Shown: piece by piece, positions 1-8,205 of the stretch | Numbering within the stretch: position 1 is the stretch's first letter | Layout: the number at the start of each line of letters is the position of its first letter | NCBI GenBank assembly: GCA_031425615.1 | Contig: JANPJR010000030.1 | Span: 146,492 to 210,491, forward strand | Direction of reading: 5' to 3' | DNA: 64,000 bases | Source: Cytophagales bacterium | GTDB taxonomy: Bacteria; Bacteroidota; Bacteroidia; Cytophagales; Microscillaceae | Program-made: the position numbers and the translations under genes | The notes under the pieces: model-generated | Databases searched by the model: none | Seen by the model: only the letters and a program-made list of their open reading frames with translations | What the model was told of the DNA's origin: nothing

Positions 1-986
1 AAGTTTATTTGTGCAATACCATTGTTCAACGCAAGCCAAACCGTGTGGTCTTGTGCATAATATATGTAGCGAATATTTTGGTCTGCAACCCCTGTTTTTT
101 TGTCTATTTTTTCTTGAATAATACCATTTTTATCCAATATTACCACGCCTCCTGTGCGTGTGCCTATGGCAAAATGTTGGTGTGCGAGTACATTTCCGCC
201 ATAGAGTTGGTTTTTTTGGAGAAAATCAGAGGCTTGTGTTTCCCATTTTCTGAGGGTAAAATTTTTGACATCATACAAAAAAAGCCCTTGTCTTCTTGCC
301 CCAATCAATATTTTATCTTTTTCAAAAGGAATAATAAAATAAATTTTATCGCCTTTGAATGTTTCGCCTTCTGGTATAGGGAAGATTTTCCCTTTTGAGA
401 AAGCCATCAAGCCATTTTTTTCGGTGTGCATATACAACGTATTATACACTTGGAAACTCAAAAAAAATGTGTTATTGGAAGGTGCCTGCCATACTTTTGG
501 TGCATTTTTTTCATTAAAATCAAAAAAGAATAAAAAAGTATCTGTTTGAAAAAACATACCTTCATCTGTGCCTTGCACGCTCCATACCTCTTCAAAATCT
601 TGGTTAATTTTGGGTAATTTATTTTTTAAAGAAAAATACTGCAATTCATTTTTTTCATTTGCCCCAAGATAGCCAAGTTCATTAGAGCCTCCTACATAAA
701 TGCGGTTGTCTTTGCCCACATACAAAGCACGCACAGGCGAAAAATTGCTTGTAGGAATTAATCGCCAATGCTGGCTATCAAATTCTAAAACGCCCTTGTC
801 ATTAGCAAAATACAAAAAACCACGTGTATCTTGCACTACTTCCCAATTTTGGGGAGAGGCTTGATAATCACGTGGAAAATAATTTTTGATTAAAGGAAAA
901 CCTACATTTTGGGAAAATACGCTTGTAAAGGCATTTATCCAAAATAAAAAAAAATATCCAAGTAGAATTTTTTTATAGATTTTCAT
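1..986 (-). CDS. Sensor protein, N-terminal part (signal peptide plus two-component-regulator beta-propeller Reg_prop repeats). The 3' end lies beyond the window start.
   Basis: Minus-strand translation from the ATG near 986 gives MKIYKKILLGYFFFIL..., then repeats such as VQDTRGFLYFANDKGVLEFD, IYVGGSNELGYL and VWLALNNGIAQIN, which are typical of Reg_prop/Y_Y_Y sensor ectodomains. Not in the ORF track because it runs off the edge. Confidence 0.55.
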   Translation of the reverse strand, partial: MKIYKKILLGYFFLFWINAFTSVFSQNVGFPLIKNYFPRDYQASPQNWEVVQDTRGFLYFANDKGVLEFDSQHWRLIPTSNFSPVRALYVGKDNRIYVGGSNELGYLGANEKNELQYFSLKNKLPKINQDFEEVWSVQGTDEGMFFQTDTFLFFFDFNEKNAPKVWQAPSNNTFFLSFQVYNTLYMHTEKNGLMAFSKGKIFPIPEGETFKGDKIYFIIPFEKDKILIGARRQGLFLYDVKNFTLRKWETQASDFLQKNQLYGGNVLAHQHFAIGTRTGGVVILDKNGIIQEKIDKKTGVADQNIRYIYYAQDHTVWLALNNGIAQIN

Positions 987-995
987 ATATTTTAA

Positions 996-1016
996 AAGCC
1001 ACTAACCCCAAAGGGG
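996..1016 (+). repeat. REP-like hairpin element (GCCACTAACCCCAAAGGGG)
   Basis: Member of a dispersed family built around a CCCC-AAA-GGGG hairpin core. Lies between the sensor gene start and the lipoprotein gene stop. Confidence 0.6.
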
Positions 1017-1052
1017 AATGATAGCCTTAAATCTTATTTTTTATTGATATGA

Positions 1053-1073
1053 TGCCTTTGGGGCTGAGGCATT
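1053..1073 (-). repeat. REP-like element, inverted copy (TGCCTTTGGGGCTGAGGCA). Likely the terminator of the downstream lipoprotein gene.
   Basis: Inverted partner of the 996-1016 copy. Hairpin ATGCC-N-GGCAT immediately 3' of the CDS ending at 1074. Confidence 0.5.
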
Positions 1074-1613
1074 TTATTTCTTCTCCTCTTTTTTCACTTC
1101 TACTGTTACCACATCAAGGAAAGTTTTGTGTTTGTCTTCAAAATCTCTGTGTTTTTGTTGGTTTTTTTTGTGAATTTCCAAAAGGTTTTTGTGGTGTTCT
1201 GCCATTGTTTCATGTGCTTTTTCAAAATCTTTATCTATGAGTTTGCCTTCTGCATGATTTTTTACAAGCGAAGTGTGTTCTTGTAAGAGTTTATCGTGTC
1301 CTTTGATGAGGTCAGCGTGTTCTTTCAACACTTTATTTTGGGCAATTATAGCCTCGTCATGCATTTTGATTTCGTTAGATTGTTGGTCTTTTACGCCTGC
1401 CTTTTTCGTTTGAAATTCTTTATCCCACTGTACATATTCTTGGTACATTACATCATGTTCTTGTAGAATAATTTGGTGTTCTTTGATAAATTTTTGGTGT
1501 TCTATTTCCAATTTTTTATTAAGTTCCATATTGTTGGCGACACCACTTCCGCAACTTGCTGTGATGGCTACAAAAAGTAGAAATAAAAGGGATTTGATGG
1601 TAGTTTTAAGCAT
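1074..1613 (-). CDS. Histidine-rich coiled-coil lipoprotein with repeated KEH/EHxxL motifs. Paralog of 57779-58285.
   Basis: Signal peptide plus lipobox (ITASC). Low-complexity K/E/H-rich helical repeats (EHQKFIKEHQIILQEHD..., LKEHADLIKGHDKLLQEHTSL). Composition and motifs match the second copy at 57779. Confidence 0.7.
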   Translation of the reverse strand: MLKTTIKSLLFLLFVAITASCGSGVANNMELNKKLEIEHQKFIKEHQIILQEHDVMYQEYVQWDKEFQTKKAGVKDQQSNEIKMHDEAIIAQNKVLKEHADLIKGHDKLLQEHTSLVKNHAEGKLIDKDFEKAHETMAEHHKNLLEIHKKNQQKHRDFEDKHKTFLDVVTVEVKKEEKK

Positions 1614-1634
1614 AGAAAATGCGTTTTTAGGATT

Positions 1635-1675
1635 ATTATTGTTAATTGTTAATTGTTAATTGTTAATTGTTATTT
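1635..1675 (+). repeat. Tandem 7-mer array (TAATTGT x5)
   Basis: ttgttaattgttaattgttaattgttaattgtta, seen directly just upstream of the lipoprotein start. Confidence 0.8.
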
Positions 1676-1752
1676 GAAAAAGTGTAAAAATAGGTTATAA
1701 TTTTATTTAATTTTCAATTTTACTTAATTTTTTGCACTAATTTTTTATTTTT

Positions 1753-1950
1753 GGTACTCTGACAATTTTAGTGGAGTTTCAAAGCTTCAAAAAAGCGGAA
1801 AAATATGCAATATTTTTAGCAAAATAAATTCCACTTTATAAAATTTTATATTGTAATAAAAATATTTTTAAAATAATATTTCGTAAAACATTTAAGGTTT
1901 TAAAAACCTTGAATGTTTTTCCAGATTCCCACTAAAATTGTCTGAGTACC
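1753..1950. mobile_element. 152-bp segment flanked by 23-bp inverted repeats (GGTACTCTGACAATTTTAGTGGA / TCCCACTAAAATTGTCTGAGTACC). Candidate invertible promoter switch or MITE.
   Basis: IR-L is 1753-1775 and IR-R is 1928-1950 (21 of 23 bp complementary). The spacer holds an internal 13-bp imperfect hairpin (aacatttaaggtt...aaccttgaatgtt) and AT-rich promoter-like sequence. Located about 140 bp upstream of the lipoprotein gene start at 1613. Confidence 0.5.
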
Positions 1951-2107
1951 TTATTTTTTCCATTTTAAAACAAAAATAAGCTGAAGTATAAGCAAATATT
2001 AAGTTTATCAAATATGATAAATGATAGCCAATATGTCTGTACAATTTTATTTATGTGATTTTATCAAAATTTTGTTGTATTTTTGTTAAAAAATAATGTA
2101 ACTATTT

Positions 2108-2130
2108 AGCCCCCTAACCCCCAAAGGGGG
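2108..2130 (+). repeat. REP-like hairpin element (TAGCCCCCTAACCCCCAAAGGGGG)
   Basis: Family consensus. CCCCC-AAA-GGGGG hairpin. Confidence 0.6.
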
Positions 2131-2378
2131 AATTAACAACAATAAAGCGTTTTTTGTAACACAGACTTTTAGTCTGTGCGTTCTAAACAATATTTTTAAA
2201 TGTAAGCTAAACAGATACAAAATAAATACTAAAATGCAAATGTTTAACCGCAAAATAAAGCAAAATTCTTTGCAAAACACATATAAAAACAATAAACTTG
2301 TTTTGATTTTATGTGTAAAATAAACAAAAAACACCAGATTTTAACATTTTCAAGTAAATTCATAAGGATAGACGACTT

Positions 2379-2403
2379 AAAACAGCGAAACTGACAACGT
2401 AGG
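2379..2403 (+). repeat. AACTGACAAC motif (intergenic word family)
   Basis: aaacagcgaaactgacaacgtagg, upstream of the 2444 gene. Confidence 0.4.
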
Positions 2404-2443
2404 TTTTTATAAGCCATAATGTATCCTCTATCATTAAAAACCT

Positions 2444-3727
2444 ATGCTTAATCGTACCATAGCTCCCGCAAGCAAATCGCTTACACAAATTCACATACCA
2501 CAAATGCAAACTGTGGCATTGAAAAATAACCATACATTACATTTTTTTGAAGTAAAAACCACTGAAGTATTGCGTTTAGAGCTTTTTTGGAACGCAGGCA
2601 CTATGTATGAAAGTATGCCAAATGTGGCAAATTTTACCTCAAAAATGCTAACCGAAGGCACATCAAAACATACTGCACAAGAAATTATTAGCCAAATAGA
2701 CCAATATGGGGCTTTTGTGGAAACTAATACAGGCTTAGAACGCATCAATCTTACCATTTACACACTCACAAGGCATTTTGAAAAATTATTAAATTGGGTA
2801 AATGTAATGATACATGACAGCGTTTTTCCCGAAAATGAATGGGGAAATTTACGACAAATATCACGACAAAGTCTGCGTATCAACCAGCAAAAAAATAGCC
2901 ACCAAGTAGGAAATCTATTCAAAAAATATATGTTTGGCGAAAATAACCCTTTTGGTACTTATCTTACTGAAACCAATTTGAATAATATTCAACACACACA
3001 TTTGCAAAGCTTTTTTCAGGAAAAAATTAAAAATAAACCAATAGAAGCTATTTTAGTAGGAAATTTTGGAGAAAGTAATAATTCAAATAATGCCCTAAAA
3101 ATTGCCCAAAATTTCTTAGAAAATATCCAAACTACCACCCAAAATATACGCCCTAATCTTATATTTAAAACCCCAAAACCACAACGCATCAATGAACCAA
3201 AAGCAGACAGTTTGCAATCATCATTGCGTATGGGACAACTGTTTTTTTCAAAAAACCATGCAGATTATAGCGCTTTGATGGTGCTAAACGAAGTTTTTGG
3301 AGGATATTTTGGGGCAAGACTCATGAAAAATATTAGGGAAGAAAAAGGATATACGTATGGGATTTATTCGCAATTTGTTGCCCTACGTGATACAGGATAT
3401 TGGGCGGTAAGTGCTGATGTAAAAAAAGAGTTTTTGGAAGATACTTTTTTAGAAATTGACAAAGAAGCCCAAAAACTCACACAAGATTTACTTTCTGAAC
3501 AAGAATTGGAAACCGTAAAAAATTATATGCTTGGGGCTTTTGCAGGTTCGCTCAATACACCTTTTGATGTGGCAGAAACCTTCAAAGCAATCCATTTTTT
3601 GGGTTTAGGCTATGATTTTTATACAAAATATTTGGATACTATTCGCCACATTACTGCACAAGAAATACGTGAAACCGCCCAAAAATACTTACACACAGAA
3701 AATTGGGTAAAAATCAGCGTTGGGTAA
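2444..3727 (+). CDS. M16 (pitrilysin/insulinase) family peptidase-like protein. No obvious HxxEH, so possibly the non-catalytic subunit.
   Basis: 427 aa. Domain order and motifs resemble the M16 N- and C-domains (LTEGT..., GYxxxTNxxxExxxL, LxxxFGGxxxSRL-like 'FGGYFGARLMKNIREEKGYTYG'). Confidence 0.65.
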   Translation: MLNRTIAPASKSLTQIHIPQMQTVALKNNHTLHFFEVKTTEVLRLELFWNAGTMYESMPNVANFTSKMLTEGTSKHTAQEIISQIDQYGAFVETNTGLERINLTIYTLTRHFEKLLNWVNVMIHDSVFPENEWGNLRQISRQSLRINQQKNSHQVGNLFKKYMFGENNPFGTYLTETNLNNIQHTHLQSFFQEKIKNKPIEAILVGNFGESNNSNNALKIAQNFLENIQTTTQNIRPNLIFKTPKPQRINEPKADSLQSSLRMGQLFFSKNHADYSALMVLNEVFGGYFGARLMKNIREEKGYTYGIYSQFVALRDTGYWAVSADVKKEFLEDTFLEIDKEAQKLTQDLLSEQELETVKNYMLGAFAGSLNTPFDVAETFKAIHFLGLGYDFYTKYLDTIRHITAQEIRETAQKYLHTENWVKISVG

Positions 3728-3931
3728 AAAATTATTTTAAATCTTTGTTTATTTTTATAAAAACAAAGAAAATTCTTCTTTTGGGAAAATATTTTCACTT
3801 TTGGATTTTTCTTTAATTTTAATATGTATAAAATATTGATAATCAATATTTTAATAATTGGCATAAAATTTGATTATATTATATATGTGAGATTAAAACT
3901 TAATGCATAGCTAGTTGAAGAAAAACTAAAA

Positions 3932-3966
3932 AAACCTTTCCTTATTAGGGAAAGGCTTTTTTTTGT
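3932..3966. terminator. Bidirectional rho-independent terminator (cctttcc-ttatta-ggaaagg plus T-run)
   Basis: Stem-loop followed by T8. Sits between the convergent genes 2444-3727 (+) and 4052-4945 (-). Confidence 0.7.
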
Positions 3967-4025
3967 CTTTTATTTTAGTAAATTATTGTTAATGCTGATA
4001 TTGTGCATTTGGGAACTGGCAATTC

Positions 4026-4047
4026 AAAAAACTGACAACTGACAACC
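4026..4047 (+). repeat. AACTGACAACTGACAAC tandem motif
   Basis: aaaaaactgacaactgacaacc, abutting the stop of the minus-strand LytTR gene. Confidence 0.6.
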
Positions 4048-4051
4048 TATG

Positions 4052-4891
4052 TTATTTTCCTAACCATTCTTTAAAAACATTACTTTTTTCCCTGCTTATC
4101 AAAATATCCTCTTGTGTTTTGGGCGTGGGCAATAATTCTATTTTTAATTTCCCATTAAAATATGTAACAATTTGCTTGATAGCGTCTATTTGTGCAATAA
4201 ATTGGCGATTGAGGCGAAAAAAATTTGCGGGATTTAATTGGTTTTCTAAGTCATCTAATGAATAATCCACAAAATACCTTTTGTTTTCGTGTGTTACCAA
4301 AAAAACTAATTTTTCTTCTGCCTGAAAATATGCAATTTCTGTATTTTGGATAGAGGTCAATTTTTCGCCAATTTTTACCAAAAATCGGTTTTTATATTCT
4401 TTTTTTTCTACTTGCATTTGCTTGATTATTTCACGCAATGTAGCCATTTCTGGGGTATGGTTGAATTTTTTGGTTGATTTTTCATTGATTTTTTCAGTTT
4501 GATTATCTTTCAAAAAAAATAATTTTTGAATACTTTTTTGTAATTCGTCTTTGTTGATTGGTTTGAGCAAATACCCTATGCTATTGACCTGAAACGCTTT
4601 GAGGGCATATTCATCATAGGCAGTTGTAAAAATAATTGGAAAAGGTATATCCATCGCCTCAAAAATCTCAAAACTGACACCATCAGCAAGCTGAATATCC
4701 ATCATAATCAAGTCAATTTTTGTGTTATTTGCTTCATTATTTTGTGCATTAACATATTGTGGTATGCGGTCAATGGCATCAGCCACGCTATCAATGCGGT
4801 CAATGATGTGGGCATTTGGTATAATCTCTTGTAGCATTTTTTCCAATCTACGCACCGCAGGTGCTTCATCTTCTACAATAATAATATTCAT
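4052..4891 (-). CDS. LytTR-family two-component response regulator (REC plus LytTR DNA-binding domain)
   Basis: MNIIIVEDEAPAVRRLEKML... is a receiver domain with D/D/K residues. The C-terminal LytTR fold gives the FLVKIGEKL...YFQAEEKLVFL...RYFVDYSLDDLE pattern. Start placed at the internal ATG (MNIIIVEDE). The ORF track extends to 4945. The receiver carries an N/Q-rich insertion. Confidence 0.85.
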   Translation of the reverse strand: MNIIIVEDEAPAVRRLEKMLQEIIPNAHIIDRIDSVADAIDRIPQYVNAQNNEANNTKIDLIMMDIQLADGVSFEIFEAMDIPFPIIFTTAYDEYALKAFQVNSIGYLLKPINKDELQKSIQKLFFLKDNQTEKINEKSTKKFNHTPEMATLREIIKQMQVEKKEYKNRFLVKIGEKLTSIQNTEIAYFQAEEKLVFLVTHENKRYFVDYSLDDLENQLNPANFFRLNRQFIAQIDAIKQIVTYFNGKLKIELLPTPKTQEDILISREKSNVFKEWLGK

Positions 4892-5518
4892 GGTTGTTGT
4901 TTTGTTTATTAAAAAAAATAACAAAAATATGTTTGAAATTACCACAAAAATTATAAACTAAAAAATTATGCTAAAATTAACTTAGCAAAAAATTTCCTTT
5001 CCTATTTCCAAAAAAAACCAGTTGCCCACAAATAGAAATTCTAGAGATTTCCCCAAAAATGAAAATTGGTTTTCCCATTTTGGTTTTATTATCCCGCTAA
5101 AACCTACAAACATAAAAAAACCTCCCGATTCCAACATGCAACTCATTTTTAATCTGCTTACTACTACACAAAAGTATGATTTTTTCACTAAGAAATCAAC
5201 AAGCTAATTTTTTTAGCTATAAAAAAACCAATCACATTTTGAAATGAGAGAAATGATAATTTTACACAAATGATATTTTATTTATTTCCTGTTTCTTTGG
5301 GTGAATCAAAACCTATATGGAAAGAGGAAAAAGAAGCTTGGCAATCAAAGGAAAATAGACGAATAGAAATTGAGGTTTTTGAGTAGTATGAGCGTTTTTT
5401 TTTGCTATTACTTATTTACTATTACCCAAAACATCCTTTTTTTACATATTTATTGCTTTAAAAAAATAAAAAAACGTATTTTTGCATTTTTTTAACTTTC
5501 TAAATTGCCACAAAAAAC

Positions 5519-6040
5519 ATGATACTTTCAGGAAAAGAAATCGCAAAACGATTGGACAAAGACATTGTCATTACACCTTATAGCCCTGCACAACTCAACC
5601 CAAATAGCTATAATTTGCGTTTGCACAAAGATTTGTTGGTATATGATACGGAATGTTTGGACATGAAAACGCCTAATGCCACCAAAAAATTAGAAATTCC
5701 TGAAACAGGTTTGCGACTTTCGCCTTCTACTTTGTATCTTGGACGCACCGTAGAATATACCGAAACCCACAAATGCGTGCCAATGCTTGAAGGGCGTAGC
5801 TCTGTAGGGCGTTTGGGCTTGTTTATTCATGTAACTGCGGGTTTTGGTGATGTCGGTTTTTGTGGATATTGGACGTTAGAAATTTTTTGTGTCCAACCCA
5901 TTATTATTTATCCTAACACCGAAATTTGCCAAATTTATTACCATGATATTTTGGGCGAATATGACACCTATAAAAGCAACAAATACCAACACAATTCGGA
6001 AGTGCAACCCAGCATGATGTATAAAGATTGGGAAGTATAA
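5519..6040 (+). CDS. dcd: dCTP deaminase
   Basis: MILSGKEI...GRSSVGRLGLFIHVTAGFGDVGFCGYWTLEI is the canonical Dcd motif set. Confidence 0.93.
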   Translation: MILSGKEIAKRLDKDIVITPYSPAQLNPNSYNLRLHKDLLVYDTECLDMKTPNATKKLEIPETGLRLSPSTLYLGRTVEYTETHKCVPMLEGRSSVGRLGLFIHVTAGFGDVGFCGYWTLEIFCVQPIIIYPNTEICQIYYHDILGEYDTYKSNKYQHNSEVQPSMMYKDWEV

Positions 6041-6062
6041 ATATCTGTTTCCAAACAAAAAA

Positions 6063-6094
6063 GCCACAATGATACAATTTCATTGTGGTTTTTT
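6063..6094 (+). terminator. Rho-independent terminator hairpin (gccacaatg-atacaattt-cattgtgg plus T-run)
   Basis: Seen directly. A near-identical copy sits at 7747-7780. Confidence 0.75.
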
Positions 6095-6124
6095 TCCAAA
6101 AAAATTTTTTAGCTATTTTCTTAT

Positions 6125-6185
6125 ATAATGGAACGATTGTTCCATTATAATTGTATGAAATATAATGGAACGATTGTTCCACTAT
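6125..6185. promoter_or_regulatory. Two copies of the 16-bp palindrome TGGAACGATTGTTCCA, 36 bp apart, each embedded in ATAATGGAACGATTGTTCCAyTAT. Candidate TetR-type operator pair.
   Basis: Palindromes at about 6129-6144 and 6165-6180, 40 to 95 bp upstream of the SDR start at 6221. A TetR regulator is the next gene downstream. Confidence 0.55.
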
Positions 6186-6220
6186 ATTTATTTTTTTACC
6201 AAAATACAATTTTAATCAAA

Positions 6221-6982
6221 ATGAGTAAATTACAAAATAAACTCGCAGTAATTACAGGTGGTAATAGTGGCATAGGGCTTGCTACTGCAAAGCTTTTTAT
6301 CCAAGAAGGTGCAAAAGTTATCATCACAGGCAGAAATCAAAAAAATGTTGATGAAGCTATAAAATTATTGGGTGACAATGCAGTAGGAATTTTGGCAGAT
6401 ACCGCTAATATTGCCCACACAGACAGTTTAGTAAAACAAATTAGTGAAAAATTTGGAAAAATTGATGTACTTTTTGTAAATGCTGGCATTGCCAAATTTG
6501 CACCTATTGACCAAACAACTGAAGCATTTTTTGATGAAACCATCAACATCAACCTCAAAGGTGCGTTTTTCACAAGCCAAAAATTTGTACCTATTTTGAA
6601 AGATGGTGCATCTATTATTTTTAATACAACCATTGCCTATCATGTAGGAATGCCCAATGCGAGTGTATATGCTGCGAGCAAAGCAGGTTTGTTGGCTTTT
6701 GCTAAGGTATTGGCTACCGAAGTATCTACAAGAGGTATTAGGGTAAATTCGGTAAGCCCAGGCCCTATTGCTACACCAATTTATAGCAAACTTGGTTTTC
6801 CGCAAGAAGCTATTGATGCTATGGGGTCTGCGCTTTCTGCAAAAACGCTTTTAGGACGTTTTGGAGAAGCAGAAGAAATCGCAAAAGTAGCTTTGTTTTT
6901 GGCAAGCAATGACAGTTCTTATATCACAGGGGCAGAAATCATAGCTGATGGCGGATTACTTTTAAATCCAACAGACAGGTAG
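6221..6982 (+). CDS. SDR-family NAD(P)-dependent oxidoreductase
   Basis: MSKLQNKLAVITGGNSGIGLATAK gives the TGxxxGIG Rossmann motif. YAASK is the catalytic YxxxK. Start moved to the in-frame ATG at 6221 (the track ORF starts at 6128 inside the operator region). Confidence 0.9.
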   Translation: MSKLQNKLAVITGGNSGIGLATAKLFIQEGAKVIITGRNQKNVDEAIKLLGDNAVGILADTANIAHTDSLVKQISEKFGKIDVLFVNAGIAKFAPIDQTTEAFFDETININLKGAFFTSQKFVPILKDGASIIFNTTIAYHVGMPNASVYAASKAGLLAFAKVLATEVSTRGIRVNSVSPGPIATPIYSKLGFPQEAIDAMGSALSAKTLLGRFGEAEEIAKVALFLASNDSSYITGAEIIADGGLLLNPTDR

Positions 6983-7107
6983 ATTTTTAGAGATTTTTTC
7001 CAAAAACTAAATACCTTTGCTTTCCGTTTTTGAAAGTGAAGGTATTTTTTTGTATTTTCAATTTTTCGCTTGATTTTCGTTTTTTAAAAACCAATTCCAA
7101 AATAATT

Positions 7108-7686
7108 ATGGCACGCACAAAAAGATTTGAAGAATGTGAAATATTGGAAAAAGCAATTTCACTTTTTTGGACAAAAGGCTATCATGCTACTTCTATTGAT
7201 GATTTGACCAAATACTTGGGCATTAGTAGGTCAAGTTTGTATGATACTTTTGGCGGAAAAAAAGAACTTTTTATGATTTCTTTGCAAAATTATATCCAAA
7301 AATCGCATCAACAAGTATTTTCAATTGTAAAAGATACAATTTCAGGCATTGAAAAAATACAAGTTTTAGTTAAAAACGTAATTGAAAGTTTTGCTGATGG
7401 AAAAGAACGAAAAGGCTGTTTTATGGTAAATGTTGCCAGCGAATTAGCAAATCAAGATGATGAAATATATGAATTTACACAAAAAAACTTAGAAGCTGTA
7501 AAAGAAATATTTAAGAAAATAATTACACAAGGACAAATAGATGGCACTATTTCCACAAAAAATAATGCTGATAATTTGGCATATTTTTTATTTAATATGT
7601 ATAATGGACTGCAAGTATCAGGCAAAATGGGTGCTTCGCAAGAAACGCTCTGGTCTATGTGGTATGTAGCAGAAACGTGTTTTTAA
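7108..7686 (+). CDS. TetR/AcrR-family transcriptional regulator
   Basis: MARTKRFEECEILEKAISLFWTKGYHATSIDDLTKYLGISRSSLYDTFGGKKELF is the TetR N-terminal HTH. Start placed at the in-frame ATG at 7108. Confidence 0.9.
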   Translation: MARTKRFEECEILEKAISLFWTKGYHATSIDDLTKYLGISRSSLYDTFGGKKELFMISLQNYIQKSHQQVFSIVKDTISGIEKIQVLVKNVIESFADGKERKGCFMVNVASELANQDDEIYEFTQKNLEAVKEIFKKIITQGQIDGTISTKNNADNLAYFLFNMYNGLQVSGKMGASQETLWSMWYVAETCF

Positions 7687-7746
7687 AAAATTTGATTTAG
7701 TTTATGTTTTATATTTTTTCAATTTTCAAATAAAAAAGCCAAAAAA

Positions 7747-7780
7747 GCCACAATGATACAATTTCATTGTGGCTTTTTTA
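7747..7780 (+). terminator. Rho-independent terminator, duplicate of 6063-6094 (gccacaatgatacaatttcattgtggc plus T-run)
   Basis: Identical 27-nt hairpin sequence, seen directly. Confidence 0.75.
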
Positions 7781-7887
7781 TTTTTAGTATAAAAAAATTG
7801 GGTAATTTTACTTTTTTTTAGGTTTTTTAAATTTTTTGGATAAATTTACTTTTTTTTTAGATTTTCAAAATTTTAATAATATATTAC

Positions 7888-8162
7888 CTTACTACTATAC
7901 ATCTTTTTAGAATTTTAAAAAAGTGCTTTTAAACGATTTAAACACAATATTTTTAATAACATTTTCGAAAAATTGGGTCTGCACCGTAGTTTATGGAGGT
8001 CTGCCCCTGTTTTTTTGAAAAATTACAAACTGAAAACAGCGTTAAACACCATATTTGTTTTAGTTTTTCAAAAAAACGTATTATTTTTTAGTAAAAACTA
8101 TTTAAAAAAGCCTTTTTCCTGCGTTTTGAGTATTTTTTTTTTTAAATCTGTATAGTAGTAAG
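7888..8162. mobile_element. MITE-like non-autonomous element, copy A (~275 bp). Perfect 14-bp TIRs CTTACTACTATACA / TGTATAGTAGTAAG with a 9-bp TSD ATATATTAC.
   Basis: TIRs at 7888-7901 and 8149-8162. The direct repeat atatattac flanks both ends (7879-7887 and 8163-8171). About 90% identical to copy B at 25626-25898. The only ORF inside is a spurious 60-aa frame. Confidence 0.75.
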
Positions 8163-8205
8163 ATATATTACATAAAAAACCACTAAAACTTAAATACACA
8201 CTGTT

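Noticed and set aside
9-398. 129-aa + strand ORF at the window start
   Set aside because: It lies antisense inside the better-supported minus-strand Reg_prop sensor gene (1-986). It has low-complexity hydrophobic composition and no motifs.
4982-5207. Small ORFs (68 aa on -, 61 aa on +) in the LytTR-dcd divergent region
   Set aside because: No motifs, low-complexity sequence, and they overlap each other. Probably promoter region only.
7973-8155. 60-aa ORF inside MITE copy A
   Set aside because: It is not conserved as an intact frame in copy B and has an F/L/K-rich junk composition. The element is non-coding.
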